Shown here in pieces: positions 40,347 through 53,095 of a DNA stretch of 64,000 nt. Position numbers and translations under genes: made by a program. The stretch covers positions 55,738,001-55,802,000 of the forward strand of contig CM060733.1 of the NCBI GenBank assembly GCA_030704615.1, in the 5' to 3' direction. Each line of letters opens with the position of its first letter. The stretch's first letter is position 1. The notes under the pieces were generated by a model that had not been told where the DNA came from, searched no databases, and saw only the letters and a program-made list of their open reading frames with translations. Source of the stretch: Takakia lepidozioides (lineage: Eukaryota > Plantae > Bryophyta).

Positions 40347-40749
40347 TGTCCGCCCCCTATCCCACCAGCTCCGCTCGTCATCTCTCATGATCAGACTCGA
40401 TACTAAAACAAAACAAACATAGCTCCGCCTTGATCGACGTCTCTCATGATCAGACTTGACAGTATAAGAAAGCAAACACAGCTCCGTTCTGTTTGTCGTC
40501 TCTCACGATCAAACTCGACACAAAGAAAACAAACAGATGGCAGGGGAGACAAAAAAACGCTAAGTCCCCTCTACTCATGACTGGATGGATGAATGTAGCG
40601 ATAGATGGATGGATTTTGGGTTTTCCATAAATTCGAGCACATTCATCCTAATTTATCCTAGTTCATTCATCCTAATTCATCCTAATCATTCATTCATCCA
40701 TTCATTCCTTCATTCACAGGGTGTGGCTTAGTGCCCGCGAGCAATGATA

Positions 40750-41119
40750 TGTTGACACGTCGTCATTTGCAATCACATCCTGCATCCGTTTCATCCATTT
40801 ATGTTTGCATCGTCCACGTAGACAATCCTTGGGCAACCGGCAATCGCCACGTGCAGTTGTGAATACTGGCAGTCATACATTCCCATGCCCACGTCATCAT
40901 GTTGCAGTTTTGGCCATGACTCCTAGTCGTATCTACCATCTTCCTCTATCTGGTCAAACATGTTTGACCGCAGATCCTGACGTGGCGGAGGTACAAGGTG
41001 GCATATACGACTTCTGCTGGTCACAAATGGCAACCAGGACTGCCCCCTTGCAATTTGTAGACATATATGCTACGACTGGGCAAATGTGGCAGACATTAAA
41101 GCCGGAATCTGTTGTAGTG
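40750..41119. repeat. CACTA right subterminal repeats and TIR
   Basis: Several CACGT/ACGTGGC motifs in both orientations, ending in TGTTGTAGTG. Confidence 0.75.
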
Positions 41120-41168
41120 TAGGCTACCACCATGCTGCCCACTATGGCAGTTACTAGTCCACAAAATA

Positions 41169-41490
41169 GATAAAGAAGAAGAATACAAGCACAAGCTCAT
41201 GCGAGCTCACAAAGCTGAAGCATAAACTCATGCATATATAACCTCACCACTCAAATACAAGTCAAGCCAAGTGCACCCCACGCCATGGGGAATCCACACT
41301 ACGGCGCCATAGCTAGACGCGGTGAGGCTCAACTTGAGAAAGATGAGCCTCCCGCGTTTGCCGTGAAGATAACCACTCCAGGGCCTAAATCTGCCTTGAC
41401 CCTTGGATTGACACTTGGATCCCAAATGTCAATATGTAAAAGTTAGTTATTTCCTAGCTAGTTTCACACTAGTGGTAAAATAACTTGACA
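41169..41490 (-). repeat. Element D repeat A2
   Basis: GATAAAGAAGAAG...AATAACTTGACA, a direct repeat of 60669-60993. Confidence 0.93.
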
Positions 41491-41928
41491 GCTGTCGTGC
41501 GCATACATATCGCTACACAACTACATCGCTGTCCAAAACCACACAACACATGTGCACACCACACACTAGTATACCACTAGTCCACCACTAGTCCAACCCC
41601 TATGCTGCCAGTAGTCAGTCACTAGGCTACCACCATGCTGCCCACTATGGCAGTCACTAGTCCACACAATCGCCCCCCTAGCTGGTTCTTAGGTCTCTCT
41701 AAGTCCAGGTAGCCACAAGATGTGATAGTGACCATAGCCTCACTAAGTCCTCCACCACTATCCCTACTACACTCAAACTCGATAGATCAAGAGGCCGGGT
41801 GCAAGAGTTGCCCCAACGTTAGTCGTTGTCTTACAACCTGTGAACTTGAGCCTGGGATCTTGTGTATTGACTCCTATGAGCTTGGCCTCCCATGTCTTGT
41901 TAGCTACCTCTAGTCATGTCCACTGCCA

Positions 41929-42085
41929 CTATCCCAAGCAGTGTGGACACAACCAATCTCCATCAAGAACCTTCTCAATAGGTGGTGTCAAGCATCCCAT
42001 GTGCCAACCTCTTGGGCATCGATCACACACCAGCATGGTGGCTGCCCCTTTGGCAGACCCACAAAACATGCACCTCAAACCTGCA
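41929..42085 (-). CDS. PHD finger at the integrase C-terminus (element D)
   Basis: CMFCGSAKGAATMLVCDRCPRGWHMGCLTPPIEKVLDGDWLCPHC is a C4-H-C3 PHD pattern, followed by the stop. Confidence 0.93.
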
Positions 42086-45000
42086 GGTACCACTGCCAAG
42101 TTTGGGTCAACACTGCCATCGACATTGGGAAGGTGACATGGCGCACAATTACGCACATGGTCTTTCCAAGTCATGCCATCCCGACCCTCCAAGATCAGGA
42201 CTCCTGAGGGCAACACCTCTCAATCCCTCAGAATAACACGCCCTGCAGTGACATCCAGGGTAGGAGTAGTCTGCTGCAAATAAACATAGTCACCAGGGCT
42301 AAGCCACTGAACCCCAGGACGATATCCTCCATCACGTACAGTAGCATACCTCAACGTATCACGGTGCTGTGCAATGGCAAGGTTCTCAAAAGCCATGGGC
42401 ATGACTTTCTTGAATAACTCTGCACGCTGACCATATGCACGTACCCACATGTCCGGATCGTCAAGGTTAAGGACTTGAGCAGTGTCCCTACAAATGGCTG
42501 CAGGCAAATCCGGCTCTCGGCCAAAAAGAAGGAAATGTGGTGAGAAGGAGGCAAGTGATGCTTGCTTGCTAAACCTGTAGCCCATGGCTAACCAAGGTAC
42601 TTGAAGATCCCAATCTCCTAGGTGTCCCTTCTGCAAGCCATACTTGCGCAAACCCCTCTTCACCGTCTGAACAACTCTCTCTGCCAAGCCATCGGCCTCG
42701 GGATGATCCCGAAAAGTGGTGCGGTGGTTTATCAAAGCTTTATCATACAAAGCCTGAAACTCCCCCAAGAACTCTCTCCCTTGGTCCTTGAGTACCTTAG
42801 CTGGAGCACCGAATTGGCTAAGCACACAATCCAAGAATGCATATGTAGCCCCCTCACTAGCCTTGTCAGGCAATGGAACCAACTCAATCCACTTGGAGAA
42901 GTGCTCCACCATCACCAACACATATCTGTGGTGGTGCATAGTCAGTGGCAACGGTCTTGCGAAGTCAAGACTCCACCTGTAGCCCAATCCCATGATTGGT
43001 AAATGATGCAACTGTGGTGTAGGGGCGTTGAATGAAGCACGCACCCTGTCACACACCATGCACCTAGCCACGAACTGTTGTACCTCAGTATGCATACCAC
43101 GCCACCAAGTGATCCCCCAGAAGTCCCCGCTCTTCGCTTTATCTACCTACAAGCTGTTCTAACCGCCTTGCTAACTAACCGTCACCCCTGAAGTAACATA
43201 TTCCCTCTACAGATGTCGTTCCCAGTCCATGTTAACCGTTCCCCCTGTACTGTGACAACTGTGCAAAACTGCGTTGGGCTGTGTGAAGCTGTGATGGGCT
43301 GTGATTGGCTGTGACTGGCTGTGACGGACTGTGACAACTGTGACGGGCAGTGACGGCTGTGCCGGGCTGTGACTGGCTATGTCAGCTGTGTCGGGCTATA
43401 TCGGGCTGTGTTGGTTGTGGCGGACTGTGATGGACTGTGACGACTGTAATGGGCTGTGACTGGCTGTGTCGGCTGTGTCGGGCTTTATCGGGCTGTGTTG
43501 GTTGTGGCGGCTGTGACTGGTTGTGTCTGGCTGTGACGGGCTGTGTCGGGCTGTGTAACCCCCCCCTAAAGCCTGCTGCTGTCACCCCTAAGGCTCCTGT
43601 TGGTCTCAGTCTGTGTAAAAATTAAGGGTACCCCACAGAACCTGTAAAAACGTTAAAGTCCCAAGCAGCCCTCTAACATTTACCCCTCCCCCTCTCAAAA
43701 AGCCGTGTCCTCACGGTTTACTGTTTAGGATTAACAAACCTTTGTGATCGAACCCCCTTCTGATGGTGCGAGTCTCGTGAAGGACTCCGTGTGCAAGCCC
43801 GAGGCCTGTCACTGGTTGACGGAGATGATTGAGCTGGAAATGTCTATCCCTCCTTTGGCTGATAACGAGGTAACCTCTCAGGCATAGGAGACCCCCGTCG
43901 TTTCTTCTCTCCCATCTGAATTGCATAGTCCTTTGCCATGTCAAAAGAGTCCGCTGAAGAAACAGTAGTATCAGAATCCTCGTCGCCCCTCAGGTGTTTT
44001 AACGGCCGAACTTTAAGTGGAATCCTCTGTGGCATACAATGTTGTCCAACCATATCTGGAAGTTTAAATTGCACAACTTGTTGCAAGCGCTTGCACGCAA
44101 AATTAGTGAACGTCCTGAACTCCTTATCTGTACAGGTAAGAGGTGTGCCAATGACTTGGGAACAGTGCAAGTATTTCCATGCCTCATGTCCCTTAAAGAA
44201 AATATCGTCAGGCCCGAATTTTTGTGTTGTCAAATTGTTCCAAGCCGAATGAAACCATGAACGAAGTTGGGAATCCTTCTGCATCATAAGTTTTGCATCA
44301 TATAGGTATATATGAGGTGGCACTGAAGGTAAGACCCAATGATCCCCACTGGAATAACTCAGAAATCGCGATTGCATCTTCTGCTGCTCAATGTGATAAC
44401 GTGCCAGAAAACAAGCAGCATAGTATAATCCACAGCCCATGACAATACTTGCTACCTCCTTGGTCTTGGTATAAATGTACCCATGTACAACTTGGAAGGC
44501 AATTAATTCCTTCAACATGGTACTTGCTTCAGACCAGTACCTCGCAAAGTGATGATCCTCAATGGGTCGATTGTTCGGAAGAACCTTAGTCCTAGTTGCC
44601 ACTGGCAGCCAAATGCGCATGATCTGGTAGTAATGTGCCAACGAGTGCGGAGGACTAAATTCTTTCCAAGCCAAATCCAACACAATAGGAATTAAGTTGA
44701 AGGGCATAATCATAGCCCGACTGTACTCTCGTGCAGCAGGAGTTTTAGGTGGGTTAAAAGCATCATCCCCCCATACCTCAGGCTGTGGTGTGGCTGTAGT
44801 AACAACAGGGTCAGCTACCTGCACAGTCACTTGTTGTGGTATTGGTAGCACTGGCCCTTCTACCACTGGCATCTCCTACACCCCAGTAAATTGTGAGTGC
44901 GTCGCACTCCAAAATGCCCCAACTCCTCATGGGCATGCCGCACTAACCGTGCATGCTGTGTGGGGTGAGGCACTATCCTCACCCAACCATCCTCCCATAC

Positions 45001-45914
45001 TCGGAGCAGGTGTGTCCCCTCCCACTTGAACCTCTTGGCTCGTTGTAGGATCCAATCCCTCTCCTTGGTAGTCACAATGGCTGCCGTGTCTCTAGTACGG
45101 AGGTAGTCCAACACAGCCGAATCCTCATGTATATCTCTGTTACCACCTGGCTCATCACTAGCCTCAGGGTCCTGAGACACTCTGTCTACAGTCATCCCTG
45201 TTGTAGGTCCAACCTGACCTCCCGATGCCAAGATACACAAAAAGGCAGATGCATGCCATCCCGACACCATCTCCTTGTCCGTCTCACCATGCCACCGAGC
45301 TCCAGTGTCATCCTGCTGGCTTGTGTATGGATTGCGACTCAATCCATCCGCATCCTGATTGACCAAACCCGGTCAATGCACAACCTGAAAGTCATATTCC
45401 TGGAGTATGAATGCCCACCGTGCAAGCTTCCCCGTAAGCTCCATCAACCACTTGAGTGGTTGGTGATCCGTGACAAGGGTGAAGAGATTGTCGTATAGAT
45501 AGCACCTGAAGTGTGTCACGGACCACACTGCAGCTAAGCATTCTCCCTCATATGAGCTGTACTTAGCCTCTGCAGCGTTGTTCGAGCGCCTAGCATAAGC
45601 CACTACGAACTCTCTTCCCTCATCATCCACCTGTGTGAGCACCGCTCCAAGCCCCAGCATGCTCCAATTCGTATGCAGCTGAAAGGGACGCCCCCTGATA
45701 GGTCGTCTCAGGATAGGCACCGAAGTCAACCTCACCTTGAGATCTTAAAAAGCTCGTTCCTGCTCATCTTCCCACTGCCAATCCTGGTCCACCTTGGTCA
45801 GCTTGGTTAGAGCCTTTGCAATGGCACTAAATCCCTTGACAAACCGTCTATAATAGTTTGCCAACACCATAAAAGCTCGAACTCGGCTCACATCCGTGGG
45901 GCGTGGAATTTGTG
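42086..45914 (-). pseudogene. Element D RT C-terminus, RNase H and integrase (interrupted by 43121-44880)
   Basis: IPRPTDVSRVRAF...YYRRFV. RH HTNWSMLGLGAVL...YEGECLAAVW...TDHQPL. INT HEELGHFG | WWRGM...CMVCDR, WSLDFA, KDQGREF, DGLAER. Confidence 0.92.
43121..44880 (-). mobile_element. Terminus-less fragment of family A (extra-ORF C-terminus, PPT, partial LTR) inside the D integrase
   Basis: ORF 43844-44872 is homologous to 6000-7000. LTR edge CTCTAACA at 43678 with an adjacent PPT. Flanked by CCCCAG at 43115-43120 and 44881-44886. Confidence 0.88.
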
Positions 45915-46586
45915 CAATGTGCCACAGACATAGCCCAAAGGAACTTACCAAGAGTAAATATCAGAAGTTACTAAGTTACCATGTTATTGAAAGTTATCAT
46001 GATTTACCATTATTTACCAAGTTACCGGGAGTTTATCAAATTACCAAGAATAACTTGAAAAACTGCTCAGGAAGCTTCCTTTGGAGGAAACTTCTCCATC
46101 AAGATACCTCCTTTGTTTAAGGAAACTTCTCCATCAAGAAACATTTGTTTAATCTTAGAAACTTCTCCAGCAATAAACCTCTATAGGGGAAGCTTCTTAG
46201 GGAAGCTTATTAGTAGCCAGTATATATAGGAGGCGAGACTGAACACTCTTCAGTCTCGCCAACACCAGTTCAAGCTACTCTTGTTTCCAGTTTCCAGTTT
46301 CCAGTACTCCAGTCCAGTACCCAGTACCCTAGCCCAGTTTCCAGTATCTGGTACTCTAATCCAGTTTCCAGCATTCCAATATTCAAGTCGTGTTCCAATA
46401 TCTTGTATCTTTGTTCATTGTTATAAATATCGCTTTGATTCCTATTTACTCATCGTGCATACGGCCACGCCGACCTTGACTTCTTGTCTAATCTTGTACC
46501 TCTAGTTTGATCTCTTGTTTATGTTCAGTCATGTTCTCGTCCTTGACAGTTTGACGAGACTAAAGTTTGTTCCTTAGTTAGTTAAG

Positions 46587-49500
46587 ATGGAAGGCACATT
46601 TGCGGAAATGGTCGCCACATTGCAGAGTCTTCAGCTCTAGATGCAAGAACTTCGTGCATCTACTGCCCAACTACAAGCTGATCAGTCTCAAGATCTTGGC
46701 AACGCTCTCAATAATTTGCAATAATAAATTTCAGAGTTGAAGGAGTCGAACAATGGATCTTCAACCTTACGAGTCCCTACTACAACAAATCCTACTGCAA
46801 CGGTTCTTCCAAATCTCCAACAGATTACAATGGAACCAAAGGTCAGCATTCCCGAGAAATTTGATGGAACGAGATCGAAGATTTCGAGGTTTTGTTCAAC
46901 AAGTACGATTGTCCCTACGACTACATCCACAACGCTACCCTGATGAAGATATTCAAGTGAGATTTGTGTGTACCCTTCTATCAGACACTGCCCTATCTTG
47001 GTTTGCACCGCTATTAGAGAAAAATTCGCATTTACTATACAATTTTGAAGCGTTCATGTCCGAGTTCACTGCAACGTTTGGAGAGAATGATAGAGAGAGA
47101 GAGTTGCAGAGACAAAGATGTGAAATCTTCGACAAGGAGCACGTCCAGCTTCCGTTTATGCTGCCGAATTTCGACAACTTGCGTGCGACCTCGACTGCAA
47201 TGAGAAGAGCCTCATTAGTCAGTTTTGCTGTGGCCTAAAAGAGGATGTAAAAGATTTGTTGCTGATAATGCCAAACGTGAGTACACTGAGCGAATTCATC
47301 ACCCAAGTCATTGCATGCGATAATCGTTTGTTCGAAAGACGTCAAGAGAAACGATCTGGATGGTCGACGACGCACCATGCCGCTGCTACTATGGCACCAA
47401 ATACAACGATCCATCAGACATCCGGTAATGATCATATGCAGATTGATGCTGTCCGATTCAAGCCATTGACGCGACGGCGCTCGAATAGATTTTGCCTTTA
47501 TTGCGGAGAAGATGATCACATAGCATTAAACTGCCCCAACAAGAGAAGATTTAAAACTCGGGGCACAACTCAAGTGTTCGATACGAGGAGGTCGGAAAAC
47601 AAAGATGTCCAGTCATAGTAGGGACCATGCGGCTGGACGCCCCAAATTCCTCACCAAAAAAATGTCTCTTTCTACCTCCAGACCCTGTATCTTGTTTCAC
47701 AGTTCCAGTAAAGATCAGAATGCAAAATCGAGATATCTCCGTAGAAGCACTTTTGGACTCGGGCGTTTCAGCGTGTTTTATTGACAAAAACTTTGCGAAG
47801 CAACACAATTTAACGCTCGTAAAAAAGAAATTTTCGGCTCCTGTTGAAGTCATCGATGGACGACCGTTAGCTTCAGGAAATATTGACCATGAAACTCGAC
47901 CCCTTGAAGTGAAGCTTAAAAATCAAGCATCACAGATTGTTTTCAACGTCATCAAGTCTCCAACGAATCTTGTGATCCTTGGACTTCCCTGGTTTGTACT
48001 TCATAATCCTGACATCGACTGGCGATCACGAAAAATTTCGGCAAGACAAAAATGCAAAAGTACCAAAGGTATTCAACCCTTGTTTCTTGGAGCTAGAGCC
48101 TTCATGAGAGCTACAAAGAAAGACGCGACATTTGCACTTTATGCGACTCCAATCAAAACCACAACAGACCAAGGTACTTCGACATTACCCACTCAATATC
48201 AAGATTTCAAGGATGTCTTCGAGAAGAAAAATGCAGATATGTTGCCAGAACATCGACCTTATGATTGTACAATTGAGTGCAAAAAGGAGCTCAACCACCA
48301 TTTGGCCCGATCTACAATTTATCTCAGACGGAGCTGGCTGCTTTACGCGAATACATTGATGAAAATTTGTCAAAGAATTTCATTCGACATTCGAAATCAC
48401 CCGCGGGAGCACCTATCTTATTTGTGAAGAATAAGGACGGATCGTTACGTGACTATCGTGGACTCAACAAAGTCACAACTAAAAATCGTTATCCGTTGCC
48501 GCTGATTTCTGGGCTTCTCGACCAACTGGGACGAGCGAAGATTTTCACCAAAATTGACTTGAGAGGAGCTTACAACCTTGTACGAATAAAAGAAAGAGAC
48601 GAATGGAAGACTGTTTTTTGCACAAGGTACGGACATTTTGAATACAGTGTTATGCCTTTCGGTCTTACAAATGCTCCAGCAATTTTTCAACACATGATGA
48701 ATGACATCTTTTGAGAATTTTTAGATGACTTTGTAGTCATCTATTTGGACGACATTTTGATATTTTCACAGAATGAAGAAGAACATGGTCGCCATGTACG
48801 CCTTGTCCTTGATAAATTGAGGGAAAAAGAACTATATGCCAAGTTAGAAAAATGTCTTTTCCACCAATCTGCAGTCGAATTTTTGGGCTACATTATTTCC
48901 GACAAAGGCGTCTTTATGGATCAGAAGAAAATACAAACCATCATCGAGTGGATTAAACCAACTTCGGTCCGAGATGTACAATGTTTTCTAGGATTTGCAA
49001 ATTTCTATAGAATCTTCATCAATGATTACTCCAAAATTGCTGCACCATTGACACGACTCACAGGGAAGGACAAATTTGTATGGAACGAGAAGGCTGACCA
49101 AGCATTTGAAAGGCTGAAGCAGACATTTACAACGGCTCCAATACTGGTACATGCAGACCCATCTAAACCATTCTTTTTGGAAGCAGATGCATCGGACTTT
49201 GCACTTGGCGCAGTACTCTTTCAATACGGTACAGATGGCCGACTTCATCCTGTTGGTTTTTACTCTCGCAAATTTTCCGCTGCGGAGATCAATTATGAAA
49301 TCCGTGACAAAGAACTTCTAGCGATTATTGATGCTTTTGAGGAGTGACGTCATCTATTGGAGGGAACTAAACATCAGGTCACAGTCTATACCGATCACAA
49401 AAACCTCGAGTATTTTATGAGTGCTCGTGTTTTGAATCGATGTCAAGCGAGATAGAGTATGTCACTAGCAAGGTTTGATTTTGTTATTACCTACCGTCCT

Positions 49501-51839
49501 GGACATCTTCAAGGAAAACCAGATGCTCTTTCTCGACGATCGTATCTTGTGCCAAAAGAAGGGGATGCAACTTTTGACCAACAGAAATCCATCATCTTGA
49601 AACCAACAAATCTCCAAGTGAATATGCTATCTATGTCCACCTATGACGATGTAGAGATCATAAAGGAGATTCAGAAAGCACTGAAGAGCGACCAATTTGC
49701 TACGACACTACAAAGTCAACTAAATTGACCTCGAGATAACCCACATGTTACAAACGACTTCGAATTCAAAGATGGTTTACTTTATTTCAAGGGACTTCTG
49801 TATGTACCTCCAGGACCTACACGACTTCGAATTCTTCAAACATGTCATGATTTTCCGGCTGCATGACATTTCGGCTTCAACAAAACAATGGAATTGATAT
49901 CCAGTGACTATTGGTGGCCGCAGATGTGGAAATTCGTGATTTTTTTTTATAAAATCTTGCGACACGTGTGCTAGAGCGAAGGGACCACGACATCGACCTT
50001 ACGGCCTCCTGCAACCATTACCCATTCCCAATGGTCCATGGTCGTCCGTGTTTATGGATTTTATTACAGACCTTCCAATTTCCAAGACCACCGATTCAAT
50101 CCTTGTTATTGTCGATCGTTTTACAAAGATGACACATTTCATTCCATGTAATAAGACGGTCACCGGCGAGGAAACTGCAAGACTCTTCCTCAATAATATC
50201 TACCGCATTCATGGACTCCCGAAGGACATCATATCTGATCGAGGACCACAGATCATATCAAATTTCTGGAGGGGATTATTTCACATATTGGATATTAAGA
50301 TCAATCTCTCTACAGCTAATCATCCACAAACTGATGGTCAAACCAAACGCGTAAACCAGATTTTGGAGCAGTATCTTCGTTGTACGATAAATTATCACCA
50401 AGATAATTAGACGGACCTTCTGTCATTAGCTGAGTTTGCCTATAACAACACTATATATTCTTTGACCAAGCAAACTCCATTTTTCTCCAATTATGGTCAT
50501 CATCCTCGAGCAAACCCTTTCCACATGAAGACTGTTGGAAGCCCTGTTGCAAAAAACTTGCTACTCAACTTGCTATGATTCACAAGGAGCTTACATTTCA
50601 CCTCGCAGAAGCTCAAAAACAATACAAGGAGTATGCATATCAACATCATCAACTCCAACCCCAGTTCAAGGTCGGAGAACGTGTGTGGCTTCTTCGACGG
50701 GATATAAAAACCTCGCGACCATCAAGGAAGTTGGATTATCAACGCCTGGGACCATTCAAAATCATTCGACAAATAAATCCGGTCAGTTTTCGGTTTGAAC
50801 TCCCACGAAGTATGCACATCTATCCAGTCTTTCATGTTTCATTATTTGAGTTGTATCATCCATCGAATATTCCAGGGAGAGTCTCCATACCACCTCTGTC
50901 GCACACCTCACTTCGGTAAACTCCCCTTCAAGTTATAGTTACTCGCTTTGATGCGCGCGCCTGACTCCCAACCCGGCCACTGGGCCAACTTGGAGCTTCG
51001 GCTGCTCACCGGGACATAACGGTCCCCCTTCGCTTCCCTCTGAAACCCTCCACCTAATTGGGACTAGGAGAATTCCCTTTGGTAGATGACAGTCCGGAAT
51101 AGCTCCCCACTCTTTGGTCGCTTTCCGGCTCGCTCGCTTACTCACTAGTTTTTGGTCACCAACGGGCTTGCACCGTTCTCGGGGTTACTACTCCCTATAT
51201 ATACTTCTGTAGCTGTCCGTGGGGGTTTCACAACCAGCCATGCCATTTTATGGCGAACCACCACGAAGACCCTCGATTCCCGGTGGTGAGTCGCGGTGAG
51301 TCTTGGCCCGCTCACCACGGCCCCTATGGACCGTGATGAGTCCCAAGACTCCCCACGACTCCCACCACGAGGTCTCCACCCCCGTGGTGAGTCCTATGCC
51401 ACCCCCACTAAGTCCCACTAAGCTACCACCCCTTGTGGAGCCACCCCCACCGCAACCCGGTGTGCGGGGCTCCACCTAGTGAGCGCCTCCGCCTCCTTGA
51501 GTGCCTTGGGCACTCAAGGGTGCTTCAGCCCCCGTACCTATCGCTGCTACTGCCCCCACCACAGGGGCAACCCCTCTTGTGTCCCGACCTCCCTGCTCTC
51601 AAGGCAAAGGGCCGCGACAACCTCCACCAATCAAAGTCAATCAGGAAATTGAGTATGAAGTCGATGAAGTCCTAGACTCTCACATCAAGTATAAACGTCT
51701 TGAGTATTCCGTACATTGGAAAGGCTATGATATCAGCGAACGAACGTGAGAACCTTCATCCAACCTCGCCAATGCATCTGACAAAGTCCAAGAGTTTCAT
51801 CAACGATATCCAGCTAAGCCCCGAGCTACACGTCAATAA
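46587..51839 (+). pseudogene. Element E gag-pol with chromodomain (stops, frameshifts, solo-LTR insertion)
   Basis: Gag PEKFDGTR...MQID...[78 protein letters not shown]. Chromodomain EYEVDEVLDS...YSVHWKGYDISERT*EP at ~51645-51830. Confidence 0.94.
50897..51619. mobile_element. Solo LTR of another family
   Basis: TGTCGC...GCGACA termini, 5-bp TSD ACCTC (50892-50896 and 51620-51624), internal TATATATA at ~51196. Confidence 0.92.
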
Positions 51840-53095
51840 GACGTCACAACGATGATGTCAGCCAAGTTAGCTTCAAAATTAAGACTCCACATTCAATGTA
51901 CCTGATACACACTAAGGAGAGAAGAGCACCACACATCAGTATATATAGCTACACTTCCAGCACTTCCAGCACTCTTGCATTTTGTATTGGCAGTATGGAG
52001 TCACAGGAACCAGATACATTGGAGTTGTTGCTTACCCAGCTACCAGATCAGTCGTTCCGACTCTCACGACCTTCAACATCACGCCGACGTTCTTGAGACG
52101 ATGGGTCATCAATGCAACGCGTACTTCCTCGTCTGGACCCCGTACGACGATAAGTGGAGCCTATTCGAAGTCTGATAATTTTGTTGGAGGTTGAGACTTC
52201 GGACCCAAAGGGCAACGAAATCATGTTTGAAGGCAGCTTCGAAAATCAGAACGCTCAAATCACTGCGTGGTCCCAAGTTCAAGGTGTTGGACACTATCGA
52301 TGGTGCAGGGACCTATAAATCATTTGACTCAAGAACAAAGAGCCGAATACTTGGCAAGTACCATTCGCCGGATTTTGGATTTTCTCCAACTCTAAGCAAG
52401 TCCAAGATTTTACCGCTCCTCGAGGGACTCGGCGTTAGAAGAGGGGGTGATGTCACAGACATAGCCCAAGGGAACTTACCAGGAGTTAATAAGTTACTAA
52501 GTTACCATGTTACCGAAAGTTATCATGATTTACCGTAATATACCATGATCTATCATGATTTACCATTACTTACCAAGTTACTGGGAGTTTATCAAATTAC
52601 CAAGAGTAACTTGGAAAACTGCTCAGGAAGCTTTCTTTGGAGGAAACTTCTCCATCAAGATACCTCCTTTGTTTAAGGAAGCTTCTCCATCAAGAAACAT
52701 TTGTTTAATCTTGGAAACTTTTCCAGCAAGAAACCTCCATAGGGGAAGCTTCTTAGGGAAGCTTCTTAGTAGCCAGTATATATAGGAGGCGAGACAGAAC
52801 ACTCTTCAGTCTCGCCAACACTAGTTCAAGCTACTCCAGTTTCTAGTACTCCAGTCCAGTTCCCAGTACCCTAGCCCAGTTTCCAGTATCTGGTACTCCA
52901 GTCTAGTTTCCAGCATTCCAATATTCAAGTCGTGTTCTAATATCTTGTACCAATGTTCATTGTTATAAATATCGCTTTGATTCCTATTTACTCATCCTGC
53001 ATACGGCCACGCCGACCTTGACTTCTTGCCTAGTCTTGTACCTCTAGTCTGATCTCTTGTTTGTGTTCAGTCATGTTCTCGTCCTTGACACAATG

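Larger units (their letters stand above)
1..41119 (+). mobile_element. CACTA (EnSpm) DNA transposon, left end outside the window, heavily nested
   Basis: Split TnpD/Tnp2-like transposase at 2401-4246 and 32420-34405. Right terminus ...GCCGGAATCTGTTGTAGTG (reverse complement CACTACAACAGATTCCGGC) ends at 41119, preceded by CACGT-core subterminal repeats. Linking this TIR to this transposase is inference. Confidence 0.7.
45920..53090 (+). mobile_element. Chromovirus 'E' (Tcn1/Tf1-like Ty3/Gypsy) inserted in the D RT
   Basis: LTRs 45920-46548 and 52451-53090 (TG...CA), TSD CAATG (45915-45919 and 53091-53095), PPT AGAAGAGGGGG at 52437-52447. The D frame rejoins as QQTKVEAI|AQIPRP. Confidence 0.96.

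Noticed and set aside
38259-40740. Helitron as the carrier of the PPR and SEC13 fragments
   Set aside because: No clear TC start or hairpin-CTRR end was found, and the CACTA terminus nearby is the simpler explanation.
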